A stretch of 64,000 nucleotides of DNA from an uncultured delta proteobacterium (GTDB lineage Bacteria; Desulfobacterota; WTBG01; CAIYCZ01): contig CAWDOY010000053.1 of the NCBI GenBank assembly GCA_963803975.1, forward strand, positions 32,001 to 96,000. Reading direction: 5' to 3'. Below are positions 32,237 to 44,246 of the stretch, one piece after another (within the stretch, counting starts at the first letter, position 1; each line of letters begins with the position of its first letter). The notes beneath the pieces were generated by a model. That model made no database searches. It saw nothing but the letters and a program-made list of their open reading frames with translations, and was not told the origin of the DNA. The translations under genes were made by a program, and so were the position numbers.

Positions 32237-34239
32237 ATGGCTACTATGACACGGGTTATATTCAGTACCTGGGCAGATCGTGTTATTGATAACCGGGGAA
32301 AGCCTCCTGAAGCGCAGGCAGCTCCGCCTGATTTTAATCTGCCGGCTGCGTTTGAACAGAATAAAAATATTTCCGCCTTCATGGGCTGGGCCGGTTTTGC
32401 GCTGTTTGATGAACAGGCAAGTATTATTGACCTGTCGCGCGCCTATGCTGAAGCCCTCCAGCACTACTCCTGCGGCAAGTGTTACCCCTGCCGGGTGGGA
32501 ATAAAAATAATCCACGACATGCTCCTGCGCATAGCAGAGGGAAGCGGCACCGAGGCGGACCTTACTCGTCTGGAGCAGCTCGCCCGTGATATCCAGAAGA
32601 GCTCCAAGTGCCAGGTCGGGCAGACCGGGCCCATACCACTTCTTGCCGGCATCAGCTATTTCAGAGACGAATTTTTAAACGCTATTAAGAATAAAACGAG
32701 GGTCGCACAAGCAGCAGTATCTCTCACACCTCACGGCTCCCTGCACTGATGCCTGCCCGGTACATCTTGATATACCGTCTTATGTTGAGCTGGTCAAAGA
32801 GCGCAAGCTCAAGGAGGCTGCAGAGCTGTTGCGCGAGCGTAACGCTCTTCCCGGCGTATGCGGCAAAGTATGCGTGCGGCCCTGTGAATTCAGCTGCCGG
32901 AGGCTGCTGCTTGATGAGTCTATCTGCATTAAGGCTATAAAGCGCTATATTATTGAATATGAATTCGGCCATGGACAGCCCCGTGAGTTCAAGCGCGATG
33001 TTTCAGCACAGCCCGATAAAGTTGCCATCGTCGGGGCAGGGCCTGCCGGTATTGCTGCAGCGTTTTACCTTGGCCGGAAAGGGCATCAGGTAACCATCTT
33101 TGAAGCGCTGCCGGAAGGCGGCGGTATGGCAGCAGTCGGGATTCCTGACTACCGGCTGCCGCGGGATTTTCTGAATTACGAGATTGATGTTGTTAAGAGC
33201 TGCGGCGTTACTATTATCTATGACACGGTCGTGGGAAAAGATATCACCCTGCAGCAGCTCAGGGAGCAGGGCTTTAAAGCGCTGTTTTTGGGCGTGGGCG
33301 CACACGAGAGTAAGAAGATGGGAGTTGACGGGGAGGATAAGGGGTACCGGGGATTCATTCCGGGAGTGGTATTCCTGCGCAATATTAATTTAGGAAAAGA
33401 AGTGCCTCTGGGAGAGCGGCTGGTTGTCGTGGGCGGCGGCAATGTTGCCATTGACTGCGTTCGCTCGGCAGTTCGTCTCGGGTTTAAAGATGTACGGCTT
33501 CTGTACCGGCGCTCGCGGGCAGAAATGCCGGCAGACGAAGTTGAAATCAGGGAAGCTGAAGAAGAGGGGATTGATTTTCACTACTTAACCCTGCCTACGC
33601 GGCTCATTGCCGAAGATGGAGCTGTCAAATCTGTTGAATGCATCCGCATGGAACTCGGGCGAGCCGGACGCAAGCGGCAGGCGCCGGCCAATGCCGGTGG
33701 AAGGCTCCGAATTCATCATAGAGACCGACGTGGTCATTTCCGCGATCGGCCAGGACAGCGATCTGTTTTTTGCTCGGGTCAGAGCCCATTGAGGTGAGCA
33801 AATGGGGAACCATAAAGGTCGATGAGCCGCAGCATGGAGACATCTCTGGCCGGGGTGTTTTCCGGCGGCGATTGTGTAACCGGCCCGGCAACACTTGTTG
33901 AGGCACTTGCCGCGGGAAGCGATGCCGCGCTTGCCATCGACCAATATCTGAGCGGGCAGGAGCCGGAACTTCCCCTCTATCGCAAGCTTGAAAAATTTGC
34001 CGGCGCGGTGAAAGTATTTGATAAAAATGAAAGCATGGGGATTCTGGGCGGACAGCCGCGTCCGGCGTATTGCCTGCCTTCCGGTCGAAGAACGGATCCA
34101 CAGCTTTCAAGAAGTTGACCAGGGATTGACGGCGGAAACAGCGGTTGAGGACGCGGACCGCTGTCTGCGGTGTTACCGGGTGGCGTTGCTGGCGCTTAAG
34201 CAATGTAACCGGGGAGTATGTGGCGCATGGTTACCCTGA
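32237..34239 (+). CDS. sfrB: SfrB-like NAD(P)H oxidoreductase beta subunit (NuoF-type Fe-S + GltD-like flavoprotein), several frameshifts
   Basis: IFSTW...[57 protein letters not shown]. Confidence 0.8.
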
Positions 34240-36850
34240 AGATAAATGGTGCGGTAATTTCCGCAGCAGCAGGTGATACGATACTGGAGGCAGCACAGCG
34301 CGCAGGGATTTATATTCCCCATCTCTGCTATCACCCCAAACTTCATCCCATAGGGTCCTGCAGGCTGTGCGTGGTTGAAATTGAGGGTGTGCGCGATCCC
34401 ATGGCTTCCTGCACCACGCCGGTACAGGAAGGGATAGACGGTAACGATCGATTCCCCGCACCTTCAGCAGCTGAGAAAAGAGGCGCTCAACTATATTCTC
34501 CTCAATCATCCCTTGGAATGCCCGGTGTGCGACAAGGCCGGAGAATGCCGGCTCCAGGACCTGTGCCAGGAGTTCGGTATTACCGGGCAGCCGTTTGCCA
34601 TAGCCGGATGTTCAATTCAAAACAGATTATGATTCGCCGCTTATTGAAAAGCATGACGCCCGCTGCGTCATGTGCGGCCGCTGCGTCAGCATCTGCACGG
34701 AGGTGCAGGGAGTGCATGCCTGGGAATTCAGCAGCCGTGGCTATGATGCGCGGATAGAGACGGTGAGCGGCAAACCTCTTGACTGTGAATTCTGCGGGCA
34801 GTGTATCTCGGTGTGTCCGGTCGGTGCGCTTATCAGCAAGCCTTTTAAGTATACAGCGCGGGTCTGGGAATTGAAAAAGGCTGCTTCAGTATGTCCGTAC
34901 TGCGGCACCGGATGCGCGATTGAGCTCAATGTACACAATAATACGGTAGCGCGCGTGACTTCAGACGACACGTCCTCGCACAACCGCGGCAACCTCTGCA
35001 TCAGAGGCAGCTTTGGATACGGCTTTATCAGCCACCAGGACCGCCTCCATACGCCCCTCATAAAAGAGGAAGGCAAGCTTGCGCCGGTTTGCTGGGATGA
35101 AGCGCTGGATTATGCCGCAGCTTCTTTTACCTCACTCATAAAAAAACACGGCCCTGACTGCATCGCAGGTTTGGGGTCTGCCCATGCTACCAATGAGGAT
35201 AACTATATCTTTCAAAAATTCTTCAGAGCGGTGCTGGGGACAAACAATGTGGATAGCAGCGCCCGCTTCAGCCTGCTCAACGGTATCATGCCGCTGCTGC
35301 GGGGTATCGGTTTTCCTGCGTCGACCAATTCCTTCAGCGAGATAGCACAGTCCCGGTCAATATTTATCGTTGGTTCAGATTTTGCCGCTGAGATGCCGGT
35401 CGCTTCTTTAGCGGTGATTACGGCAGCGCGGGACCATGACGCGCGCCTTATCGTGGCTGCACCAATCGGCACCAAGCTTGATGAGTTTGCCACGACCAGA
35501 CTTCGCTATCGTCCCCAGACCGAGCAGGCGCTGCTGACCGGGATGATAAAAGTGATCATAGAGCGCGGCCTGGTAGAACAAGCAGTTTATTGATAGCTGA
35601 CAAAGAAAACTTTGCCCGTTTAAGGGAAGCTGTTTCTGCTATTTCACTGGCGACGGTCTCAGCGCATACGGGCGTGCCAATGCACCTTATCGAGAAGGCC
35701 GCCAGGGAGATAGCAACTTCCCCGACCGGCGCTATTATCTGCGGTGATTTTCTCCTGAGGCAGAAGAATGGTGAGCGCGCTGTAGAGCAGGCAGTAAATA
35801 TTATGTTTCTGACAGGACATCTGGGCAGGGAAGGGTGCGGATGTTTTTTATCTGTCGGCAGGAATAACCTCCAGGGGCTCTGTGATATGGGGGTCATGGC
35901 AGACCTGCTGCCCGGATACCGGGAGCTATCTGACAGCGAGGTTTTAAAGCAGCTCTGGAAAAAAGATATTCCATCGCAGCCTGGAGTGGCGGCAGACAAA
36001 CTTGTTGAGGCGATTGAGAACGGCAGGATTAAAGGCCTCTATCTCATGGGATGTGACCCGGTGATGAGTTTTGTAAACTCACAAAGAACACAAGCGGCGC
36101 TTGCACAATTAGATTTTCTACTGGTGCAGGACATTTTTATGACCGAGTCCGCACAGCTTGCACACGGTGTCCTGCCGGCTGCAGCATGGGCTGAAAAGGA
36201 AGGTTCTGTTACCAGCGGCGAGCGGCGCATTCAATGGATGGAGCGGGCAGTAGAGCCGTACCGGAATGCGCTTCCTGACTGGCAGATCATTCAGAAGCTT
36301 GCACAACGCTTTGACAATGTATTCCCGTACCACAGTGCCTGGGAAATATTTCAGGAGATCGAAGCAGCGGTACCCTATTATAAGGGAGCACATCGTGCAG
36401 TAAAAAATAGCAATGGCGTGCAGTGGCCAATAACAGAAGATGGTCAGGGGACTCCATGGTTAAAGATGGAAGCAGCTCGCGTACCGTTTTTTGATCCGGG
36501 CTATGCCGCGGATACCATACTATCAGATCCTGCCTATCCATTCACGCTTTTAACCGGGACTTCTCTCTACCACTGCGGTACGCTCTCGACCTATGCTGAG
36601 GGGCCGCTTGCCGTGAGACCCCGGGCATGGATTGAGATCAATCCATTGGATGCAGAACGCCTGGGTATAGAGGGCCGCGATAGTGTTGCGGTCCGCTCCC
36701 CTCAGGGAGGCATTACTGTCGAGGCCCGGTTGAATTCAGCTATTCCTGAGCGTATGCTATTTGCTTCGGATCATTTCAGAGACGCTGGTAATAAACAAGC
36801 TCACCCAGAATACTTCACTATGTCAGGTGACTATTGAAAAAAAGCAGTAG
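34227..36850 (+). CDS. sfrA: SfrA-like / NuoG-FdhA-like molybdopterin oxidoreductase-family alpha subunit, several frameshifts
   Basis: HLCYH...[40 protein letters not shown]...[15 protein letters not shown] lacks the FDH Cys/Sec ligand. Confidence 0.8.
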
Positions 36851-36895
36851 TGCGCTTTCATTACATAATAATCTGAAAAACAGGGGCTCTATCCG

Positions 36896-37705
36896 ATGAT
36901 AGAAAAGTATTTGCACGGGGTGCCCTTTTTGTTTTTTGAAAATCTGCTGCAATTCAATAACCTCACGCATGCCATCTCAACCAGATCTGGCGGCGCGAGC
37001 AGCGCTCCTTACGCATCGCTCAATTTAGGGGCGGATACAGGAGATGCGCCTGAACGGGTAGCGAAAAATTATGAAATCGTAAGCAGCGCACTCGGGTTTA
37101 ACCTTGCCGCGCTGGTGACATCACAGCAGGTTCATGGCAACCAGTTGGCAGTGATTGATGATTCTTTCATTGGCAGGAGTACGTTTGCCGTGGAACCTCT
37201 CTTGCATGGTTATGATGCTCTGGCAACAAAAAAGCCTGGCCTTACGCTCATGGTGCGCGTTGCTGACTGTGTACCGGTTATTCTGTTTGCACCTGAACAG
37301 AAGATGGTGGCAGTGGTTCATGCAGGATGGCGGGGCACGCTTGCCGGCATTGCAGGAGAAACAGTCAGGGAAATGGTGCTGCGACACCACGCTGACCCCG
37401 GAGCCATCAGAGCAGGGATTGGCCCGGCAATTGGTCCCTGCTGTTATCGCGTTCAGGAGGCAGTTGCAGGAGTTTTTAAAAGAGCACCTGATCTCTATAC
37501 TGCAGTCTTCAGGGAGTCGGGAGGGGAACTGTTTTTAAATCTCTGGGAGGCAAACAGGCTGCAACTGCTTCAGCAGGGAATCCCTGACTGCAATATTGAA
37601 GTTGCAGGGCTCTGCACGGCCTGCCGGCCTGATCTATTCTTCTCCTATCGTGGAGAAAAGGGAAAAACGGGACGGTTTGGTGCGTTTGCCGGATTGGGCA
37701 CGTGA
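36896..37705 (+). CDS. pgeF: PgeF/YfiH laccase-domain protein
   Basis: [44 protein letters not shown]. Confidence 0.93.
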   Translation: MIEKYLHGVPFLFFENLLQFNNLTHAISTRSGGASSAPYASLNLGADTGDAPERVAKNYEIVSSALGFNLAALVTSQQVHGNQLAVIDDSFIGRSTFAVEPLLHGYDALATKKPGLTLMVRVADCVPVILFAPEQKMVAVVHAGWRGTLAGIAGETVREMVLRHHADPGAIRAGIGPAIGPCCYRVQEAVAGVFKRAPDLYTAVFRESGGELFLNLWEANRLQLLQQGIPDCNIEVAGLCTACRPDLFFSYRGEKGKTGRFGAFAGLGT

Positions 37706-39337
37706 TGGTTTCCCGGACTTGGATTCTTTTTTGGGCCTGAGTTGAATGATGGTATCTTTTTTCCAGGAAGAATCATTTTTATTCGGATAATCCAGGGTGT
37801 AATGCAGGCCGCGGCTCTCTTTGCGTTTGCGAGCGCAGCGTACGATCAGCTCTGCTACCGTGGCAATGTTTCGCAGTTCAATGAGATCTGCGGTGATGAT
37901 AAAATCCCAGTAATAATCAGTAATCTCCTGCTTTAGGAGTTCAATCCTCCGCTGTGCACGCTCCAGCCGCTTATTTGACCGCACAATTCCCACGTAATGC
38001 CACATAAGCCGTCTGATCTCATCCCAGTTGTGGGAAATTACTACGGACTCGTCAATATCAGTGGCATTGCCGGGGTCCCACTGAGGAATGGGCACCGGAT
38101 AATAGCTTCTTTCATGGAGTTCCTTTACTGATTTGAGAGCAGCACGATGTGCATAAACAAGCGCTTCCAGGAGCGAGTTGCTGGCAAGCCGGTTTGCGCC
38201 GTGGAGCCCGGTGCAGGAAACTTCACCGACGGCAAACAGCCCCAGGATATTGGTCTCCCCATAGTTGTTGGTCAACACGCCACCGCAGATATAATGCGCT
38301 GCAGGGACTACGGGGATGGGGGTGGTTGCCATATTAATATTAAAAGAAAGGCATTTTTCGTAAATATTGGGAAAGCGGTGTTTGAGGAAGTTTGAGCGCC
38401 GATGGGTGATATCCAAATAAACACACTCATCACCGCTTTTTTTCAGCTCCGTATCGATTGCCCGGGCCACGATGTCCCGCGGGGCCAGATCCTTAAGCGG
38501 ATGATACTTCTCCATGAAGGGTGTTCCGTCTTTTAACCGCAGAATACCGCCCTCGCCTCTGACTGCTTCAGAGATAAGAAAATTTTTTGCCTGCGGATGG
38601 TAGAGGCAGGTGGGATGAAACTGGATGAACTCCATATTGGCAACCCGGGCTCCTGCACGGTAGGCCATGGCGGTACCGTCTCCGGTAGCTATGTCAGGGT
38701 TGCTGGTATAGAGATAGGTTTTTCCGGCACCGCCGGTGGCCAGCACGGTTACCTTTGCAATAAAGGTGTTTATGTTCTCGGTGTTATTATCAAGGACATA
38801 CACCCCATAGCATACTGTTGTGCCGGTATTTTTGAGCCCCAGTTTTTTTGACGTGATAAGGTCTATGCAGATATGGTTCTCAAATATCTGAATGTTGGGA
38901 TCGGCCCCCACTTTTTTAAGCAGTATCCGCTCAACTTCTCTGCCGGTTAAATCCTTACAGTGAAGGATGCGGCGCGTTGAGTGGCCTCCTTCGCGGCCCA
39001 GATCAAAAGAAGTTTTTCCGTGATGCTTGCCCTTGGTGAAAGGCACTTTCCATTTAATAAGCTCATTAATACGTTCAGGCCCTTCCTGAACAACCAGCTT
39101 TACAACGTCCTCATGACACAGACCATCACCTGCAACAAACGTGTCTTGCATATGCAGATCAAATGAATCCTCTGGCGCCATTACAGCAGCAATGCCGCCC
39201 TGAGCATAGTTGGTGCCGGATTCAACAGAATTTTTTTTCGTGACAATTGCGACACTGCCGTACGGGCTTACTTTCAAAGCATAGCTCAGTCCGGCAATCC
39301 CGCTGCCTATAATGAGAAAGTCAGTTTTAATTTCCAT
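37634..39337 (-). CDS. nadB: L-aspartate oxidase
   Basis: [57 protein letters not shown]. Confidence 0.97.
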   Translation of the reverse strand: MEIKTDFLIIGSGIAGLSYALKVSPYGSVAIVTKKNSVESGTNYAQGGIAAVMAPEDSFDLHMQDTFVAGDGLCHEDVVKLVVQEGPERINELIKWKVPFTKGKHHGKTSFDLGREGGHSTRRILHCKDLTGREVERILLKKVGADPNIQIFENHICIDLITSKKLGLKNTGTTVCYGVYVLDNNTENINTFIAKVTVLATGGAGKTYLYTSNPDIATGDGTAMAYRAGARVANMEFIQFHPTCLYHPQAKNFLISEAVRGEGGILRLKDGTPFMEKYHPLKDLAPRDIVARAIDTELKKSGDECVYLDITHRRSNFLKHRFPNIYEKCLSFNINMATTPIPVVPAAHYICGGVLTNNYGETNILGLFAVGEVSCTGLHGANRLASNSLLEALVYAHRAALKSVKELHERSYYPVPIPQWDPGNATDIDESVVISHNWDEIRRLMWHYVGIVRSNKRLERAQRRIELLKQEITDYYWDFIITADLIELRNIATVAELIVRCARKRKESRGLHYTLDYPNKNDSSWKKDTIIQLRPKKESKSGKPSRAQSGKRTKPSRFSLFSTIGEE

Positions 39338-39570
39338 AGAACTATGATCAGAATTTGATACAGGAGTTTCAAAAATTATATGAGGGTACTGTATATGTCA
39401 AGATAAAGTTTCAAAACTAAATTTCAGAACAGAGCCCCTGGTAAACGTTTGCATTCCTGAAGTTTTTTAACTATAGTTACGATACCGGCTCTTATAGAGC
39501 ACTCAGGGGCGCAATGCTATATTTTTAATGCGGATCTATCGTTTTATTAACAGATTGAGATCAAACCTAT

Positions 39571-40578
39571 ATGCTGATGCTGGGAATTGAGACCTCCTGC
39601 GACGAAACAGCTGCTGCTGTGGTGCGTGATGGGAAACAGATATGTTCCAATGTAATAGCTTCTCAGGTAGATTTACATAAAAAATACGGTGGCGTTGTCC
39701 CCGAGATAGCGTCACGCCAGCACATGGAAAACATTATTCCGGTTATCAGAGAGGCTCTGGATCAGGCGCACGTTGCACTTGATGACATCGAAGGCATAGC
39801 GGTCACTCAGGGGCCAGGGCTGGTGGGGTCACTTCTGGTTGGCATTAATGCTGCCAAGGCCATTGCCTATTGCAGGAGACTGCCCCTGATTGGTATCAAT
39901 CATCTGGAGGGCCATATTTGTGCTGCATCGCTTGAACTGCATGATATTGCATTTCCCGTCGTCGCTCTTGTTGTCTCAGGCGGTCACACCAGTCTCTATC
40001 TGGTAGAGGGTTTTGGAAGGTATAAGCTGCTCGGCAAAACACGAGATGATGCAGCAGGAGAAGCGTTTGATAAGGTAGCAAAGCTTTTAGATCTTGGCTA
40101 TCCCGGAGGTGTTGTTATTGATAAACTGGCACGGCACGGCAATCCTCAAGCAGTAGTGTTTCCCCGTCCCATGCTTGCTGACGAGAGCTTTGACTTTAGC
40201 TTTAGCGGTTTGAAAACGGCGGTTCTTTATTATGTGAAGAGCATCGGCGGAAAACCCTCACCGGAGGCTATAGGCGATATTGTGGCAAGCTTTCAGGATG
40301 CTGTGGTTGATATACTGGTGGAAAAGACCTTCAGGGCTGCGGCGCACTATCAGGTCCAGACCGTCATGCTGGCGGGGGGAGTGGCCTCTAACTCCCGGCT
40401 TAGAGAAAAGATGGGGGATACAGCAGCTGATGGAAATGTGCATGTTTTTATTCCTTCACCAGTTTTATGTACTGATAACGCTGCCATGATAGCTGCAGCA
40501 GGGGAGTATAGAATACGAACGGTTGCGGCATTTCCTTTTTCCATGAATGCCCTGTCCCGGTGGCCTCTTACCGAGTGA
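39571..40578 (+). CDS. tsaD: tRNA N6-adenosine threonylcarbamoyltransferase
   Basis: LGIETSCDET, NHLEGH, VSGGHT, TRDDAAGEAFDK, CTDNAAMI. Confidence 0.97.
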   Translation: MLMLGIETSCDETAAAVVRDGKQICSNVIASQVDLHKKYGGVVPEIASRQHMENIIPVIREALDQAHVALDDIEGIAVTQGPGLVGSLLVGINAAKAIAYCRRLPLIGINHLEGHICAASLELHDIAFPVVALVVSGGHTSLYLVEGFGRYKLLGKTRDDAAGEAFDKVAKLLDLGYPGGVVIDKLARHGNPQAVVFPRPMLADESFDFSFSGLKTAVLYYVKSIGGKPSPEAIGDIVASFQDAVVDILVEKTFRAAAHYQVQTVMLAGGVASNSRLREKMGDTAADGNVHVFIPSPVLCTDNAAMIAAAGEYRIRTVAAFPFSMNALSRWPLTE

Positions 40579-40595
40579 AACAGAAGATATGTTTT

Positions 40596-42497
40596 TTACA
40601 GTAAAGGTTTCTGGCTTTTAGGTGGAGGACTGATGGAAGCTTCCGGGACCATTTCTTTCATCAATTCAAACAGTCCCGTGTCGTATTCAGGAGCACCGGA
40701 GAGTACTTTTTCGAGCTTTGTTAGGTCTATTTTATACTGCTGTGCATTGAACCGAGAGTTGGAAAGCATTCTTATTTTTTTGTTAGGGGTGGAAGTAATG
40801 TTTTCGCCCTCCCAGTACAGTTCTTCATGCAATTTTTCGCCGTCTCTTAATCCAATAAATTCGATATTAATATCTTTGTACGGTACCAGTCCGGAGAGCT
40901 CCAGCAGGTTTTTTGCTAAATCGACAATCTTTATCGGTTCTCCCATATCAAGGAGGAAAATATCTCCTCCGCTGCCCATACATCCTGCGAGAAGAACCAG
41001 CTGCACCGCCTCTGGAATAGTCATTAAAAATCGTGTTGTTTCGGGATGCGTAATAGTAAGCGGGCCTCCTTCGGCAATCTGCTTCTTGAACAGCGGAATT
41101 ACGCTTCCGCTGCTGCCTATAACATTACCGAATCTGACTGATATGAATTTTGTGGGCTTATTTTCATAGGTCTGCAGCAATTTCTCGGTCATTCGTTTGG
41201 TTGTTCCCATGATGCTTGATGGATTGACGGCCTTATCGGTAGAAATAAAAACAAATTTTTTAGTGCCTCTTTCAATGCAGACATCAGCCAGCGTTTTTGT
41301 TCCCAGCACATTATTTCTTAGCGCTTCTATAGGGTCCTTTTCCATTAACGGCACGTGTTTGTAAGCTGCAGCATGATAAATGATATCCGGAGCATAGATT
41401 GAGAATATATTCTGCAATTTATCTTTGTTAAGAATATCCCCTATGCACGGTATAAGAGTGAGATGAGGGAACTTTTTATTCAGCTCAAGCTCTATAAAAT
41501 AAAGGTTTTCTTCGTGACGCTCATAGAGAATGATCGTTTTAGGGTTAGAGGCTGAGATCTGTCGACAGATCTCAGATCCAATTGATCCCCCGGCTCCGGT
41601 AACCAGAACACAGGTATTGTTCAATTCTTTATTCAGTATTATTCTGTCACTCTCGCGCTTGAAAGAGATAGAGGGCCTTCCCAATAGTTCATCAGGATGC
41701 ACATCCCGCAGCTGGCTGAAAAAGGTCTTGCCAGTCAGGATGTCACCGATTTTTGGAAGAGTTCTATATTTTATATTGGCCTTATCACAAATAGTACATA
41801 TTTCCAGAAGATCTTTAAGGGGCGCTGAGGGAAGGGCGATAAGCAGTTCATCTATGCTATATTTAGCTGCAAGGTTCGGGATTTCAGCACAGGTACCAAG
41901 GACTTCTACTCCTTTTATTTTAAATCCCTGTTTTGCATTGTTGTCGTCTACAAATCCTATTGGATTGAGATGCAAATCTTCACTATTGCGGATTTCATTA
42001 AGAACAGTTACTCCAGCACTTCCTGCTCCAACTATGAGCACATTTTTCTTTATTTTGTAGCTCTTAGTGGTTTCCAATCCCTCGCGTAGCAGTCTGGTAG
42101 AAAAGCGGACACCGCACAGCAGTAAGAAGATGAGCAGTGTATCAATAATAAAAATGGAACGGGGGAAGGTAATTAAATTATACAGAAAGACCACTGCGGC
42201 GATAAAACTTATTGAACTAAAAAAAATTGACTTGGTAATCTTAGTAATATCTTCCGTGCTGACATAACGCCACCAGCCGCTAAAAAGATCAAAATAATAA
42301 AAGAAGAATAAGCGGGCTACAATAAGAATGGGAGCTGTTTTAAGGATGTTATCAATTTGCTGGGGTGGCAGCTCAAAATCAAAACGTAATAAAAAAGCTA
42401 AACAATATGATATTGGTATTAATATAGTCTGAACGGCAATTATAAGAAGCCGTCTATATTCCATTATAGCATTTATGAAAGATTTTTGATTAGCCAT
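40596..42497 (-). CDS. Membrane-bound nucleoside-diphosphate-sugar 4,6-dehydratase (CapD/PglF/WbpM family)
   Basis: N-terminal TM helices, GAGGSIGSE, HAAAYKHVP, STDKAVNP, VRFGNV.GSSGSV, GEKLHEEL. Confidence 0.93.
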   Translation of the reverse strand: MANQKSFINAIMEYRRLLIIAVQTILIPISYCLAFLLRFDFELPPQQIDNILKTAPILIVARLFFFYYFDLFSGWWRYVSTEDITKITKSIFFSSISFIAAVVFLYNLITFPRSIFIIDTLLIFLLLCGVRFSTRLLREGLETTKSYKIKKNVLIVGAGSAGVTVLNEIRNSEDLHLNPIGFVDDNNAKQGFKIKGVEVLGTCAEIPNLAAKYSIDELLIALPSAPLKDLLEICTICDKANIKYRTLPKIGDILTGKTFFSQLRDVHPDELLGRPSISFKRESDRIILNKELNNTCVLVTGAGGSIGSEICRQISASNPKTIILYERHEENLYFIELELNKKFPHLTLIPCIGDILNKDKLQNIFSIYAPDIIYHAAAYKHVPLMEKDPIEALRNNVLGTKTLADVCIERGTKKFVFISTDKAVNPSSIMGTTKRMTEKLLQTYENKPTKFISVRFGNVIGSSGSVIPLFKKQIAEGGPLTITHPETTRFLMTIPEAVQLVLLAGCMGSGGDIFLLDMGEPIKIVDLAKNLLELSGLVPYKDINIEFIGLRDGEKLHEELYWEGENITSTPNKKIRMLSNSRFNAQQYKIDLTKLEKVLSGAPEYDTGLFELMKEMVPEASISPPPKSQKPLL

Positions 42498-42806
42498 TGA
42501 TGAGTGTTGCCGAAGTTTTTTTGATGAGTATCGAATATACCAAAAAGTGTATGGATTTGCAAAAAAATAATATTTTTATAATAATAAGCAGCACCAGTGT
42601 TTCATGTAACATCGGAGCAGTTGTTGTGATTCTTGATACAAGATATAATGATCATAGTTCGTTATTCACCTGCGTTCCTATTTTCAACATTGTTTAATGT
42701 GTGTTATGATTATTGTAAAACAATTGCCCTTGAAACAGTTTTTTTCGTAGCACAAAAAAATCAGGACATCACGTCAATTTAGAATAAGAAAAGCATTGTA
42801 ATTACT

Positions 42807-43667
42807 ATGGCGCCGTTAGTCAGTGTTATCATTCCAACATACAATCGTGCAGCATATCTTCAGAAGGCTTTGCAATCGGTTAAGGAGCAAACGTATCAGC
42901 CTCTGGAAATAATTGTTATTGATGACGGGTCAACTGATGATACCAGAATAATGCTTGAAGGTTATGAGGTCCAACTGCGGTATGTTTATCAGGAGAACAA
43001 GGGGATTTCAGGAGCCCGAAATACAGGCATCAGAAATGCTAACGGAGAGTACGTAGCGTTTCTTGACTCTGATGACTATTGGGTACCAGAAAAAACCGCG
43101 CAACAGGTTGCATTATTTAAACAACACCCTGAATATGGTCTCGTAGCTTCGCGCTGCGCTTCAATACGGCTTGATGGTAGCTACAGAGAAAGAAATCGCC
43201 CCGGCAGATCGGGATGGATTCTTGAAGATCTTTTTAAAGCAAATTTCATTCGCACCTCAGCAGCCATGGTTAAAAAAGAGTGTTTTGAAAATATTGGCTT
43301 ATTTGATGAAGAATTAAAAGAGTGCGAAGAGTATGATCTTTGGCTGCGTATTGCCGCTCAATATCCTATGGGTTTTATAAATAAATCTTTAGCAGTCTAT
43401 GTTGACAACCCGGAAGGGATTAGTACCGATAGCTTAACTGGTCGCCTGTACCGACTGAAGGTTTTAGAAAAGCAGTATCTGCAAGATAAAATTCCTGCAA
43501 ATCTCTATGCCCAAAGAATTGCTAATACGTGTCATTATATTGGCAGACACTATATAAAAAGAGGCGAAAAAGAAACAGGTTTAAGCTATCTTTTGAAAGC
43601 TCAAAAGCTGAGACCCATATATATAAAGAATTTATTATATGTTATTTTATTATATTTTAAATTATAA
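42807..43667 (+). CDS. Glycosyltransferase family 2
   Basis: VSVIIPTYNR, IDDGSTD, ARNTGI, FLDSDD. Confidence 0.93.
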   Translation: MAPLVSVIIPTYNRAAYLQKALQSVKEQTYQPLEIIVIDDGSTDDTRIMLEGYEVQLRYVYQENKGISGARNTGIRNANGEYVAFLDSDDYWVPEKTAQQVALFKQHPEYGLVASRCASIRLDGSYRERNRPGRSGWILEDLFKANFIRTSAAMVKKECFENIGLFDEELKECEEYDLWLRIAAQYPMGFINKSLAVYVDNPEGISTDSLTGRLYRLKVLEKQYLQDKIPANLYAQRIANTCHYIGRHYIKRGEKETGLSYLLKAQKLRPIYIKNLLYVILLYFKL

Positions 43668-43776
43668 ATAGAAATATTATATTATTAAATACCATAATTT
43701 TAATTATATAATAAGATCAAAATCATTAAATATCGAAAATATTTCTTGACATAAAAAATTATTGAGTATATTATAT

Positions 43777-43840
43777 TAACTAACAGGCATAAAAAAACTA
43801 ACTACCAGGCATAAAAAAACTAACTACCAGGCATAAAAAA
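43777..43840 (+). repeat. 22-bp tandem repeat x3 between a promoter and an RBS
   Basis: TAACTA(A/C)CAGGCATAAAAAAAC at 43777, 43799 and 43821 (third copy 20 bp); TTGACA at 43746 with TATTAT 17 bp later. Confidence 0.92.
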
Positions 43841-43862
43841 GAACAGGAGTGTAAATAAAGTA

Positions 43863-44168
43863 ATGGGTGCATCAGAAAAGATACTTGGTTCCCAACGACT
43901 GGTATGTAAAAATCCTGAATGCGGCTATTTGCTGAAAAAGATCTATTTTTTAGAAGGATGGGAAAAGAAATCTAATGGAAATAACGGAGTTTCCCTGGTA
44001 AGAAATAATGGATCAAGCTATTACGAATGTCCCCAATGCAAAGCGAAAAACTATATAGTTCAGCAGGGAGAAAAGATCATTCTTGAAAAAATAGTCCGGT
44101 TTGAATTGCACAGTTATAATGATACACGGGGAACAGAGCCTGCGGTCATCGCGGAGCATCAAAATTAG
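43863..44168 (+). CDS. Small Zn-ribbon protein
   Basis: CKNPEC...CPQC. Confidence 0.7.
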   Translation: MGASEKILGSQRLVCKNPECGYLLKKIYFLEGWEKKSNGNNGVSLVRNNGSSYYECPQCKAKNYIVQQGEKIILEKIVRFELHSYNDTRGTEPAVIAEHQN

Positions 44169-44188
44169 ATATACTGAATTGTCGTCAT

Positions 44189-44228
44189 AAAAAAGGGTTG
44201 AGGCTTATAAAAGTTTCAACCCTTTTTT
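44189..44228. terminator. Bidirectional terminator between convergent genes
   Basis: aaaaaaGGGTTGAGGC-ttataaaa-GTTTCAACCCtttttt. Confidence 0.8.
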
Positions 44229-44246
44229 AAATGGATTAACTCCTGG

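Noticed and set aside
32740..32755. TGA at the end of ORF 32237..32749 as selenocysteine
   Set aside because: The correct frame reads [11 protein letters not shown]; the TGA is out of frame after an upstream indel.
37634..37705. 72-bp convergent overlap of pgeF and nadB as a functional dual-coding region
   Set aside because: The nadB tail is low-complexity and beyond the conserved domain; probably stop-codon drift or an indel.
43777..43840. CRISPR array
   Set aside because: Repeats are contiguous with no spacers, and no cas genes are nearby.
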